Below are positions 9,258 to 18,687 of a stretch of DNA of 64,000 nucleotides, piece by piece. The stretch comes from Chloroflexota bacterium (GTDB taxonomy: Bacteria > Chloroflexota > UBA11872 > VXOZ01), in contig OZ219802.1 of NCBI GenBank assembly GCA_964291655.2, positions 1,696,001 to 1,760,000 on the forward strand. Direction: 5' to 3'. Below the pieces are notes generated by a model, which was given only the letters and a program-made list of their open reading frames with translations, made no database searches and had not been told where the DNA came from. A program made the translations under genes and the position numbers. Position 1 is the first letter of the stretch. The number at the start of each line of letters is the position of its first letter.

Positions 9258-9863
9258 GGACAAAGCCCAAATTCAGCCTAAAAATTGGCAAGAATCAGGG
9301 AAAAACCTGCATATGACCTACAACAATGATGTGTCAATGCTATAAATGGCTGCTAAAGACGCTCCTTGTTCCATTGACAAGACCATTTTGCATAGAATTG
9401 TCGGATGAAAAAGCTTGACAGCATTTTTGAAGTGGGATCAGCAAGAAAGAGTGTATTCCTCCGATTCTTCGGATTCCTGCGACACAGCATGGGGTTTCAG
9501 TGACGAATCCTCAGGCTTTGGAGATGCTTCCTCCTGTCCTGGGCCGCTCCCAGTCTGGAGGAGTCTAGGCGCTTGCACCCCAAAGTAACGGCTCCCGGCG
9601 CTGCGGCGCCCTGGCACGCACTGGAACTAATGGAAAACCGCGTTAGTGAAATTGCACGCCGGTTGGAGGTGAAGTCGACGCGGGCTAGGGACCAATTCAG
9701 TGTGGTAGCTGCCGCGGCAGCTCCTCAAAGCCGCTTGCTCGGAGGCGCGCGGCGTCCCTGTATATGACGGTGACGTAGCTGCGGCGCAGTGTCCCAAGGC
9801 TTCGGTTTGGAGGACTTCTCCACAAGCAAGCGGCCGGACACAGCCGTGTGCGGGCGCAACAGC

Positions 9864-10340
9864 CTAAAAGGCGGGGCGGGTCGCCGGCATTTCGAGAACG
9901 TTCTGCGCGCGTTCGAGAAAGTCATCGTCCGTGGTGGTAATGACCCGCGTAGAGACGTTGCCGCGCGGGTTGAACTCCATCATGAGCAGCGCGCCCCGCG
10001 GCTTCAGCCCTGCCAGCAATTCGTCGAACAGTTCGTTGGTGATGCGCTCGTGGGAGAAGTACTTGTCGCGGAAGCTATTAAAGTAAAGCTTCAACGTCTT
10101 TAGGTCCACAATGCGCGCGTCGGGCACGTACACCATGGTGGCGACGGCGAAGTCCGGGTACCCGGAAACGGGGTCTTTGAACGTCAACTCCGGCAGGCGA
10201 ATCTGCACGTAGTAGTCACGCTTGGGTTCAGGATTTGGGAAGTAGCGAATCTCTACGGATTCAATCTCTTCTTCGCCATAGCGCGCCTGGCGTCTTCTCC
10301 GCTTCCCGCTCGGCCTCTTGTCTGATTCCGGATTGCTCAT
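9864..10340 (-). CDS. queF: QueF (preQ1 synthase)-like T-fold protein lacking the catalytic Cys
   Basis: FPNP, PELTFKDPVSGYPDFA, DLKTLKLYFNSFR, SHE, FNPRG; Asp at the canonical Cys position. Confidence 0.8.
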   Translation of the reverse strand: MSNPESDKRPSGKRRRRQARYGEEEIESVEIRYFPNPEPKRDYYVQIRLPELTFKDPVSGYPDFAVATMVYVPDARIVDLKTLKLYFNSFRDKYFSHERITNELFDELLAGLKPRGALLMMEFNPRGNVSTRVITTTDDDFLERAQNVLEMPATRPAF

Positions 10341-10544
10341 CCTGTGGGTCCTAAATGCGGTCAAATGAAGGCGTGTATGATTGGAAAGTAGCATGCGTGC
10401 GCATGCTGCAAAACCTATGAATATGACCGTACTATGTTGCTTTGCGAAACGTCAACTCACTACCGGCGCGCAGGCGCTAGGCCAGTGATCCTCCGCCAGC
10501 GCCGAGGGACAACCTGCACAACCCGTACCGGCAGGCGAGAAGAT

Positions 10545-11062
10545 TTCCCTCTCCCCGGGGGAAGACCAACGTATATAATCGCGCCTGCAAGCGGGATTGC
10601 CGCCTCTCCCTCGGAAGACCCACATGAACCCCACGTGAGCAGGCGGCAACTCTCCCTCTCCCCGGGGAGAACTTCGCATAACCCACACCGGCGAGGGAAA
10701 GTCCCCTCTCCCGGTGGAGACCTTTGCGTAACTCCGTCATTCCGGCGAAAGCCGGAATCCAGAGTGCTTTTACAACGAAAGAAAGCATGATGTCAAGTCG
10801 TTTCACCCCCATCCCAACCATCCCCCAAAGGCGAAGGGCTATGAAACGGTCTCCGGCGGGAGAGAGTTAGAGCCTGCCCCGTACTCGGTACGGGGTATCG
10901 AGTACGGGGGTGAGGGGAGTCCCCTCTCCCGGCGGGAGAGGGTTAGGGTGAGGGGGAGATTCCCGCATTCTGGGAGTTGCTTTTACCGTTATTGCATTCT
11001 TGCGTATCGGTCTTGTTGGTGAAGAGGATGGGTTATGCAGAAATCCCCTCACCCCGGCCCTC
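10545..11062. repeat. Cluster of CCCTCTCCC/GGGAGAGGG REPs with a GAGACC-ended shell (10717-10853) carrying a CGTC REP
   Basis: Multiple palindromes; CCGTCATTCCGGCGAAAGCCGGAATCCAG at 10734-10762; block partly repeated at 14060-14160. Confidence 0.75.
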
Positions 11063-12349
11063 TGTATAGACCAGAGAGATACTTAACGGGTGTGCGCAGA
11101 CATACTTTACACAGTATGGCACTCTTTCTGAGTAAAGAAGGAGGTGCCTCATGCCTTGGAAGGAGAGTACTGCTGTGGATGCTAAGCGCGAATTCGTCGC
11201 TTTGGCGCGAGCGCCGGGGGCGAACATACGCGCGTTGTGTCGACGCTTTGCGATCTCGCCGCCCACTGGCTATGCCTTGCTGCATCGTTACGCCGAAGAG
11301 GGGGAAGAGGCCTTCACGTCCCGCTCGCGTCGGCCGCACCACTCGCCGCGGCGCACGCCATCTGCGGTGGAGGCGGTCGTGGTAGAACTGCGCAAGCGCC
11401 ACCCGGCGTGGGGCGGTCGCAAGCTCCACCACGCACTGCTGAACGCCGGTCACACGGTGGTTCCCAGCCCCAGCGCCATCACCAACATCCTCCATCGGCA
11501 CGATCTCATCGACCCGGTGGAGCGAACGCACCGGGACTGGCAGCGCTTTGAACACCCGTATCCCAACGACCTGTGGCAGATGGACTACAAGGGTCACTTC
11601 GCCGTGGACGCCGGGCGCTGCCACCCGCTCACCGTCTTGGACGACCACTCCCGCTTCGCCGTGGGTCTGTGGGCCTGTGGGGACGAGCGGGCAGACACGG
11701 TGCGGGCATGTCTGACGAGTGCCTTTCGCCGCTACGGACTGCCGGCGCGTATGCTGATGGACAACGGGTCGCCGTGGGGCAGCAATGCCGCGCACCCGTA
11801 CACCAGGCTTACCGTCTGGCTGCTGCGGCTGGGCGTGTCGGTGAGCCATGGTCGCCCCTACCATCCGCAGACCCAGGGCAAAGAGGAGCGGTTCCACCGC
11901 ACCTTGCAGGCTGAGGCGCTGCAAGGCAGGCGGTTCGCCGACCTCGCGACCTGCCAAGCGGCCCTGGACCGCTGGCGGGACGTCTACAACCTGGAACGAC
12001 CGCACCAGGCCCTCCACATGGCAACGCCCCTGAGCCGCTACGCGCCGAGCCGCCGCTCCTTCCCCGAGGAACTCCCCCCGATCACGTATGGCGACGGCGA
12101 CGAGACGCGCAAGGTGATGGCGGAAGGTTGGGTCAACTTTCAGGGACGAGAGTTCCGCGTCGGCAAGGCGTTTGTGGGTTGCCACATCGGCCTGAGACCA
12201 ACCACCAGTGACGGCGTGTGGAGTGTGTGGTTCATGACCCACCACATAGCAGAGCTGAACCTGCGCGGACCTCTGCCCCGTGTAGAAATACCAACTCATG
12301 TGTAAAGTATGTCCTCGTACACCTGTAAACTATGTGTCAGGTCTATACA
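11063..12349 (+). mobile_element. IS481-family element, copy 1 (1287 bp)
   Basis: Ends TGTATAGACC...GGTCTATACA; 5-bp target duplication CCCTC (11058-11062 / 12350-12354). Confidence 0.95.
11151..12305 (+). CDS. IS481-family DDE transposase
   Basis: MPWKE start, HTH, WQMDYKG / MDNG / GKEERF catalytic triad, YNLERPHQAL. Confidence 0.95.
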   Translation: MPWKESTAVDAKREFVALARAPGANIRALCRRFAISPPTGYALLHRYAEEGEEAFTSRSRRPHHSPRRTPSAVEAVVVELRKRHPAWGGRKLHHALLNAGHTVVPSPSAITNILHRHDLIDPVERTHRDWQRFEHPYPNDLWQMDYKGHFAVDAGRCHPLTVLDDHSRFAVGLWACGDERADTVRACLTSAFRRYGLPARMLMDNGSPWGSNAAHPYTRLTVWLLRLGVSVSHGRPYHPQTQGKEERFHRTLQAEALQGRRFADLATCQAALDRWRDVYNLERPHQALHMATPLSRYAPSRRSFPEELPPITYGDGDETRKVMAEGWVNFQGREFRVGKAFVGCHIGLRPTTSDGVWSVWFMTHHIAELNLRGPLPRVEIPTHV

Positions 12350-12361
12350 CCCTCTCCCCAA

Positions 12362-14005
12362 GAGGGTGTCTCAAAAATAGATCTACTGGATATATACTGG
12401 TGTGAAGAGAAGCAAGGTGAGGTGGTGGGATAGTTTGTAGAGAGGTAGTGACGATGCCGTTGAGACCGTTTAGTCGTGAACAGGCCTGGCTGTTGCCGCC
12501 GACGCTGGACGAACTGATCCCGGACGACCATCCTGTCAGGTTTGCGGCAGCGTTCGTGGACAGCCTCGATGCTGCGGCCTGGGAGGCGATGGAGATTGAC
12601 CTGCAAGGCGATCCGCGTGGCGCCGGGGCCTACCATCCGCGCGCGCTGCTGGGCGTATGGGTCTACGGCTTCATGACCGGCGTGCGCTCGAGCCGCAAGC
12701 TGGAGGCAGCCTGCCGGGATCAGGTACCGTACCTGTGGCTGGTGGGGATGCAGCAGCCGGACCACAACACGCTGTGGCGCTTCTACAAGGCGCACCGCGA
12801 CCGGATGCGGACGCTGCTCAAGCGCACGGTGCGCACGGCGGTGCGAGCCGGCCTGGTGGAGTTGGCAATCCAGGCGGTGGACGGCACCAGGATCGCGGCC
12901 AACGCCGGGACGCGGCATACCCACGACGCGCAGGGGCTGCAGCGGCTGTTGTCCCGCACCGAGCAAGCGATCGCGGACCTGGAGGCGCAGAACGCCACGG
13001 GGGGCGACGCGCCGCCAGCGACTTTGCCGCAGGAACTTGCCGATGCCCAGGCCCTGCGGCGGCGGGTGGACGACGCGCTCGCCCGCGTCGCGGCTGAGGA
13101 CGGGCCGCGCTACACGAACCTGACTGATGCGGACGCGGCCCTGCTCAAGACTGGCATGGGTGGCTTCATCACCGGCTACAACGCCCAGGCGCTGGTCTCC
13201 CCTCTTGCGTCCCCGGACGAGGGCGCAGGGGGGAGGTTGATCACAGCCGTGGACGTGAGCGCCAGTGCCGACGACCATCCCCACCTGGCGCCGCTGATCG
13301 AGGCGGCGCAGGAGAACATCGACGCCGCGCGGGACGTGGTGACCGTTGCGGACGCCGGCTACCATTCGGGGGCCAACCTCGCCACGTGCCACGCCGGCGG
13401 CCACACGGTATTGATGCCCACGACCCACGAGCGCAGACGCCGCAACCCCTACCATAAAGACCACTTCACCTACCGTCCAGAGACCGACACCTACCTGTGT
13501 CCCCAGCAAAAGGTGCTCACCTACACGCACCGCTTGACCCACAGCAACGGCTACCGGGTCAAGCGGTACCAAGCCAACGGCCGGGACTGCAGAACCTGTC
13601 CGGCCTTCGGCGTCTGCACCTCCTCCCAGAGGGGCCGCTCCATAAAGATCAGCGCCTACGAGCCAATACTGCAACGGCACAGGCAGTTGATGGCCACCGC
13701 GCCTGCCAAGCAGGTGTACCGCCGCCGGAGTACCATCGTCGAGCCGGTCTTTGGCCTGCTCAAGGAGTGGCACAGTGCCAGGCGCTTCCTGCTCAGAGGC
13801 CGCAGCCACGTGACGTCCGAATGGCACCTGCTGGCCACCGCGTTCAATCTCAAGAGCCTCCACGCCCTGTGGCGGTCTGGGTGTAGTCCAGCGTCGCCCC
13901 GGGGACGAGTCTCTCACTGGCACCGTCTTGTTCATACCACCCGCCATCTGTCTGTCCTTCTCACCCCATTCACCGTGCCCCGCACCAAAATATTGAGACA
14001 GCCTC
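12362..14005 (+). mobile_element. IS1182-family element
   Basis: IRL GAGGGTGTCTCAAAAAT, IRR (rc) GAGGCTGTCTCAATATT; 4-bp target duplication CCAA (12358-12361 / 14006-14009). Confidence 0.9.
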
Positions 14006-14076
14006 CCAAGGAGAGGGGGCAGTTCTTGCGCCTCCGGCCGGGGTTACGCAAAGTTCTCCGGGGAAGATCCACATGA
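12448..14076 (+). CDS. IS1182-family transposase (ORF runs past the right IR)
   Basis: QAWLLPP, SSRKLE, AVDGT, GYNAQ, ADAGY, CxxCP, RRxxIVEPVFG motifs. Confidence 0.92.
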   Translation: MTMPLRPFSREQAWLLPPTLDELIPDDHPVRFAAAFVDSLDAAAWEAMEIDLQGDPRGAGAYHPRALLGVWVYGFMTGVRSSRKLEAACRDQVPYLWLVGMQQPDHNTLWRFYKAHRDRMRTLLKRTVRTAVRAGLVELAIQAVDGTRIAANAGTRHTHDAQGLQRLLSRTEQAIADLEAQNATGGDAPPATLPQELADAQALRRRVDDALARVAAEDGPRYTNLTDADAALLKTGMGGFITGYNAQALVSPLASPDEGAGGRLITAVDVSASADDHPHLAPLIEAAQENIDAARDVVTVADAGYHSGANLATCHAGGHTVLMPTTHERRRRNPYHKDHFTYRPETDTYLCPQQKVLTYTHRLTHSNGYRVKRYQANGRDCRTCPAFGVCTSSQRGRSIKISAYEPILQRHRQLMATAPAKQVYRRRSTIVEPVFGLLKEWHSARRFLLRGRSHVTSEWHLLATAFNLKSLHALWRSGCSPASPRGRVSHWHRLVHTTRHLSVLLTPFTVPRTKILRQPPKERGQFLRLRPGLRKVLRGRST

Positions 14077-14165
14077 ACCCCGCGTGAGCGAGCGGCAATT
14101 CCACCTCTCCCTAGGAAGACCAACGTAATACCCGCCGGCAAGGGGGATTACTCCCTCTCCCCAGG

Positions 14166-14400
14166 GAGACCTTTGCATAACCCCACTTTCAAGCAGGGGC
14201 ACTCCCTCTCCTGGGATGTATAGACCGGGTTGAGGGGGTCTTTTTGCTACGATGGCCCTTTACGCTGGGCGTGTCAAGACATATCAGGGCAGATTCGGTG
14301 TGCATATGGAGAGATTTCAGGAGATCCACCCTCACCCTAGCCCTCTCCCGTCGAGGGAGAGGGGACATCTGCGCTGTGGCGAGGGTTATGTAAAGGTCTC
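14166..14400. mobile_element. GAGACC-ended MITE-like shell (copy B) with a 17-bp IS481-MITE scar at 14217-14233
   Basis: Near-identical to 2268-2501; internal TGTATAGACCGGGTTGA. Confidence 0.8.
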
Positions 14401-14701
14401 CCCGGGGGAGAGGGTCGGGGTGAGGGGGAAGCAGTGCCGGCCAAGTTCAACATCAGTTGTCTCGCACAGTTTCACAAGACCTTTTAAGGGGTGTCTTCGT
14501 TTATTTCAGTAGCGCGAGACGTGCTCCCGGCATCTGCGTACGGCCGGTTGCAGGCGCTGCATTGACGCAGGAGCCAAGCATGCACGCAAGCGCTTGCACT
14601 GCCAAGGAGATTCTCCACGTAAGTAGGCATGGAACGGCGCGTTAGACGATAATAGAGAAGCTCTGCATTCAGATACTGCTAACGAGAAAGGTGAGAGACT
14701 G

Positions 14702-15685
14702 GTGGCAAAGGTATTCATCGGCGCACGTTCCATCCTTGATCTTCCCGGGCCGCACTGGGACACGCTGCGCAATGCCGGCGTGGAGCTAGCTCCACCGCTC
14801 GACGTGTTTCGCCCGCTTACCGAACAGGAGCTCATCGACAACCTTGACGGCGTCGTGGCTTTCGTTGCCGGCTCGGACCACTTTACCGAGCGCGTCTTTG
14901 CCGCCCATCCGCAGCTCAAGATCGTGGCCCGCGTCGGCGTAGGCTACGACCAGATCGACGTGGACGCCGCCACCAGACATGGTGTCTGGATCACCATCAC
15001 CCCCGGAGCCAACAACGATACAGTTGCCGACTATGCCTTTGCTATGATCTTGGCGGTGGCGCGGCAGCTTGTGGAGCATGCGGCTATTGCCCGTGACGGC
15101 GGGTTTCACCGCGTACAGGGCGTGGACGTGTGCAATAAGACCCTGGGCATTCTGGGTCTCGGCCGCATCGGCAAGTCGGTGGCCCGGCGCGCCAGCGGCT
15201 TTAACATGCGAGTGCTGGCGTACGACGTAATGTGGGATGAAGCCACGGCGGCGGAACTCGGCGTGGAGTTTGCGGAACCCGAAGCGCTCTTTGCGGAAGC
15301 GGACTTCATCTCGGTCCACCTGCCGAGCACGCCGGACACCGTCAAATTCATCAACGCCGACCGGCTGGCGCGCATGAAACCCAGCGCCTACATTGTTAAT
15401 ACCGCCCGCGGCAGCCTGGTGGACGAGGAAGCGCTGGTGGCCGCCATTGACGCGGGTCAACTGGCCGGCGCCGCCTCAGACGTCTTCTCCGTCGAACCTC
15501 CACCCGCAGACCACCCCTTCTTAACCCACCCCAAAATCCTGCCCTTCCCCCACGTGGCCGGCGTCACCCAAGAATCCGTCCACGCCATGGTGGTCATGGC
15601 CTTCGAGTGCCTCATTGACGTCATCCAAGGCAGACGCCCGCCGTATCCGGTAGACGAACAGGCGGAGTACGAAACTCTACCCTAG
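14702..15685 (+). CDS. D-isomer-specific 2-hydroxyacid dehydrogenase (SerA-like)
   Basis: RVGVGYD, GLGRIG, NTARG, DVF..EP, PHVAG. Confidence 0.9.
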   Translation: MAKVFIGARSILDLPGPHWDTLRNAGVELAPPLDVFRPLTEQELIDNLDGVVAFVAGSDHFTERVFAAHPQLKIVARVGVGYDQIDVDAATRHGVWITITPGANNDTVADYAFAMILAVARQLVEHAAIARDGGFHRVQGVDVCNKTLGILGLGRIGKSVARRASGFNMRVLAYDVMWDEATAAELGVEFAEPEALFAEADFISVHLPSTPDTVKFINADRLARMKPSAYIVNTARGSLVDEEALVAAIDAGQLAGAASDVFSVEPPPADHPFLTHPKILPFPHVAGVTQESVHAMVVMAFECLIDVIQGRRPPYPVDEQAEYETLP

Positions 15686-15838
15686 GTACCACTGACGTTT
15701 GTCTGAAAGGCAACGGCATAGACGCTCGACAGGCATCGAGTGTGGCACCGAAACGTCGAATAGCGGTGGCTCCGCAATTTGGCACCGATAGCGCTCACTT
15801 CGCGATCTGTCGTCGTGTGAATGGAGCGGTGGCCCGCT

Positions 15839-15895
15839 CCGTCATTCCGGCGCAAGCCGATTGTTCCGTCATTCCGGCGAAAGCCGGAATCCAGG
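15839..15895 (+). repeat. Two tandem CGTC-type REPs (first truncated) upstream of the GIY-YIG gene
   Basis: CCGTCATTCCGGCGCAAGCCG and CCGTCATTCCGGCGAAAGCCGGAATCCAGG. Confidence 0.85.
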
Positions 15896-15904
15896 GGATC
15901 GCTA

Positions 15905-16192
15905 ATGAAACCAGGCTATGTCTATCTCCTAGCAAGTAAGCGCAACGGCACCCTCTACGCGGGCGTAACTTCCGATCTCGTACAACGGGTGTGGCAGCAC
16001 AAGAGTGACCAGGTTGAAGGATTCACCAAGCGCTACGGTGTGCACACATTGGTTTGGTACGAAATGCATGAAACTATGGAGAGTGCGATTAGGCGGGAGA
16101 AGGCCATCAAAGAGTGGAAGCCGACCTGGAAACTCGAGCTGATTGAAAAGGAAAATCCCACATGGCGGGATCTGTACGAGGAAATTGTCTGA
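15905..16192 (+). CDS. Stand-alone GIY-YIG nuclease
   Basis: GYVYLLAS..NGTLYAGVT..L..R...H, AIRREKAIK, NPTWRDL. Confidence 0.9.
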   Translation: MKPGYVYLLASKRNGTLYAGVTSDLVQRVWQHKSDQVEGFTKRYGVHTLVWYEMHETMESAIRREKAIKEWKPTWKLELIEKENPTWRDLYEEIV

Positions 16193-16260
16193 AATGCGAC
16201 CTTGGAACAGATTCATACGTGGATGGGCGAATCCTGGAGGTCGAGTTCCCTCCCCCGGCT

Positions 16261-16376
16261 CCTGGACTCCGGCTTGCGCCGGAGTGACGGCGCGGGATGT
16301 CACGTTCGACGGTGGCAGACTCAATTTATGCACGCCGTACCATCCCCCTGGACTCCGGCTTTCGCCGGAGTGACGG
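16261..16376 (-). repeat. Two inverted CGTC-type REPs downstream of the GIY-YIG gene
   Basis: CCTGGACTCCGGCTT(G/T)CGCCGGAGTGACGG at 16261-16290 and 16347-16376. Confidence 0.85.
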
Positions 16377-16578
16377 AACAGGATATCCCTCTCCTAGCGG
16401 TGAAGTTGGTGGATTGAGTGGCCTACGTAGCACGGGAAGTTACCAACATTCTCGTTAGGTTCGACGGTCCGTTCGTGGTGTCTCTTGAGGGATTTCATTG
16501 ACTGTGGTTGACTACCTGTTCTCTCCACGGTCTGTCCGATGATGTACGAGGCTGTTCCGGTTGATTTGTGCGAATACC

Positions 16579-16899
16579 CTAACGGGGTGAGGTTGGTGGG
16601 CACCCGCACTTCGGGACGATAGACTCCTGCTCCCGGTTTCCCGCCAGTGTCATGCGATAGTCGGCCTCGAGCGCGTTCCAGAATTGGGGGCTGATGCCAA
16701 GCACTTCCCCCAGACCGATCGCAGTATCCGGCGTGATGGCCTTCTTGCCTTTGATGATTTCGTCTACCGCCTCTGCCGGTTTGCCGAGCCTTGCCGCAAG
16801 CTCTTTCTGGGTCATGCCGCGAGCATCAAGTTCCTCCTCTAGAACTTCGCCCGGCGGGATCGGCAGATCAGAGAAGACACGCGCAGAATCAGACTTCAT
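16579..16899 (-). CDS. higA: HigA/VapI-family antitoxin (orphan)
   Basis: PPGEVLEEEL, MTQKELA HTH, IIKGKKAITPDTA, FWNALEADY. Confidence 0.85.
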   Translation of the reverse strand: MKSDSARVFSDLPIPPGEVLEEELDARGMTQKELAARLGKPAEAVDEIIKGKKAITPDTAIGLGEVLGISPQFWNALEADYRMTLAGNREQESIVPKCGCPPTSPR

Positions 16900-16927
16900 A
16901 GTGGTTTCTCACGTACTCGATCATCAC
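16889..16927 (-). pseudogene. Possible 3' remnant of a higB toxin gene
   Basis: Reads VMIEYVRNHYEV* overlapping the higA start, resembling HigB C-termini; no room for a full toxin gene. Confidence 0.4.
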
Positions 16928-16944
16928 CTATTCTTCACAAAATC

Positions 16945-16980
16945 CAACAGGTCTGGGACGAAACCGTCCCAGACCTGTTG
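16945..16980 (-). terminator. Terminator hairpin
   Basis: 16-bp perfect stem CAACAGGTCTGGGACG/CGTCCCAGACCTGTTG. Confidence 0.75.
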
Positions 16981-17017
16981 TTTCTCAGACCAATTATAGT
17001 CTGTGAGCGATCCAGTC

Positions 17018-18403
17018 TTACTGTACGACGGAGTTGGCTTCCCACTCGTCCATCAGTTGCTGGGTCTTTTGCTCGGCCTCTTTGATGGCCTCGGGAATGG
17101 TCTTCAGGTGCTGCCAGGCATCCCGGCTGAGCTGGATGTGCGCGCCGAGAATGTCGGGGCCGCCGGCTGCGGTGACCACCCAGTGCGCGCCCGGCATCTC
17201 GTCGATGGCGTGTGCGCGGTCGGGGTCACCCTGGATGAACTCTTCGCTCCGGCCAACGGACTTGCGCACCGGAATGCGGTCCCAGCGATCGGCCCAGCGG
17301 CGGTCCTGCGGCTCCATGAAGAGGAACTCGAGGAACTTGAATGCGCCCTCAGCGGACTTCGCGCCGGTAGGAATGACGTTGGACCAGCCACCGCCGTAGG
17401 TCGCGGGCTCGCCGTCGTCCGGATACGGCTCAAATACTACGCTGTAGTTAATCTTGGCGTATTCCTCAGCGAACGCCGTATTCTTGGGCGTGCTGTAGGT
17501 ATCAAAGAACATGCCGACGCCACCGCCGGTAAACACGAGTGCTGGCGAGATATCGCCGCGGAAGGCCTGCACGGCGTCCCAGCCGCCCTGCGCGTCGTAG
17601 AAGCGGGTGCTGTGCTCCAGCGCCGCAACCATCTCCGCATTGTCCATGGTGGCCTTGCTCTCGTCAGCGCTGGTGAGATCCATGCCTTGCTGCCAATAGG
17701 GAATCATCCAACCGGCAATGATACCGGCGCTGCCCCAGTTTGGCACAAAGCCCAGGCGGGTAATGTTCTCACCTTCTAGCGTGTGGATCCTGCTCGACGC
17801 GTTGTGAAAGTCCTCCCAGTTCCCGATCGGTTCTTCCGGATCGAGGCCGACCTCAATCAGAATGTCGTGGTTCAGGAAGAGCGTGCGGGTGTCCGGGCCC
17901 CACGGCCAACCAAAGTGGCGGCCTTTATACGTCACGTCATTGAGGATTCGCTCCCAAATGTCGTCCGGCTGCATCACGCTGGAGGCCTTCACGAACGGCG
18001 TGATGTCCATAGTCGCGCCTACTGCGGCGTGCGACTTCGTGATGTAGCGGTCGAGGAACGAGATATCAGGGGCGCTGCCCGCCGCGACCACGGTGGGAAG
18101 CTTGCTCTTGGTATCGCCGTACGCGGTACCGACGGCAAATACCTCGACCTCATCCTGTGACGCGTTGAACTCAGCGACCATCTCGGCGCCAATGTCCTCA
18201 TGGAAAGGCTGCGTCGTGTGGGACCAATAGAGCACCTTCTGCTTGTCCATCATGGTGTCTTTGGCTTCCATCTCTTCGGACTCTGCCGGCGTGTCGCCAG
18301 CCGGAGCCATGCCTGCGCCTGCGCCGCAGGCGGCCGCAATTGCGGCAGTGATCCCGACGCCCATGCCGCCGAGGATGGTTCGTCTCGAAAAACGAGATTT
18401 CAT
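17018..18403 (-). CDS. Carbohydrate ABC-type solute-binding lipoprotein (Tat signal)
   Basis: SRRTILG twin-Arg, AAAC lipobox, SBP family 1 motifs (APDI, YGGGW, AFKFLEFL); no permease adjacent. Confidence 0.85.
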   Translation of the reverse strand: MKSRFSRRTILGGMGVGITAAIAAACGAGAGMAPAGDTPAESEEMEAKDTMMDKQKVLYWSHTTQPFHEDIGAEMVAEFNASQDEVEVFAVGTAYGDTKSKLPTVVAAGSAPDISFLDRYITKSHAAVGATMDITPFVKASSVMQPDDIWERILNDVTYKGRHFGWPWGPDTRTLFLNHDILIEVGLDPEEPIGNWEDFHNASSRIHTLEGENITRLGFVPNWGSAGIIAGWMIPYWQQGMDLTSADESKATMDNAEMVAALEHSTRFYDAQGGWDAVQAFRGDISPALVFTGGGVGMFFDTYSTPKNTAFAEEYAKINYSVVFEPYPDDGEPATYGGGWSNVIPTGAKSAEGAFKFLEFLFMEPQDRRWADRWDRIPVRKSVGRSEEFIQGDPDRAHAIDEMPGAHWVVTAAGGPDILGAHIQLSRDAWQHLKTIPEAIKEAEQKTQQLMDEWEANSVVQ

Positions 18404-18687
18404 TCTTGCTGTCTCCTTACCAATACCTATACACTTCGTGCAACGTACTCAAATGCGCATTGAGCGCAGTGTGGCTTGGGTAGGCCCGAATCCCCGTGTT
18501 TCGCACCTCCTCTATGTGCGGCAGGTGTACAACACTCTTTGAAATGCAGTCGCCGCAACACGGTCAGGCTTCCATGCTACCAATAAAATTAGGCTAGTGT
18601 GCTGGCTTTGTCAACAGTAATCGTGAGCGAGAGACCACTTTCGTTTGAAGAGCGGCTGAACTCCCACGGGCAAACGGTAGACTGTCC

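Noticed and set aside
9320-9860. ncRNA or small gene in a long intergenic region
   Set aside because: No convincing ORF or RNA motif recognised
11049-13947. Long antisense ORFs (416 aa, 534 aa; likewise 53645-54706, 24353-25312, 27194-28342)
   Set aside because: Shadow frames of well-supported genes in GC-rich DNA, with no motifs
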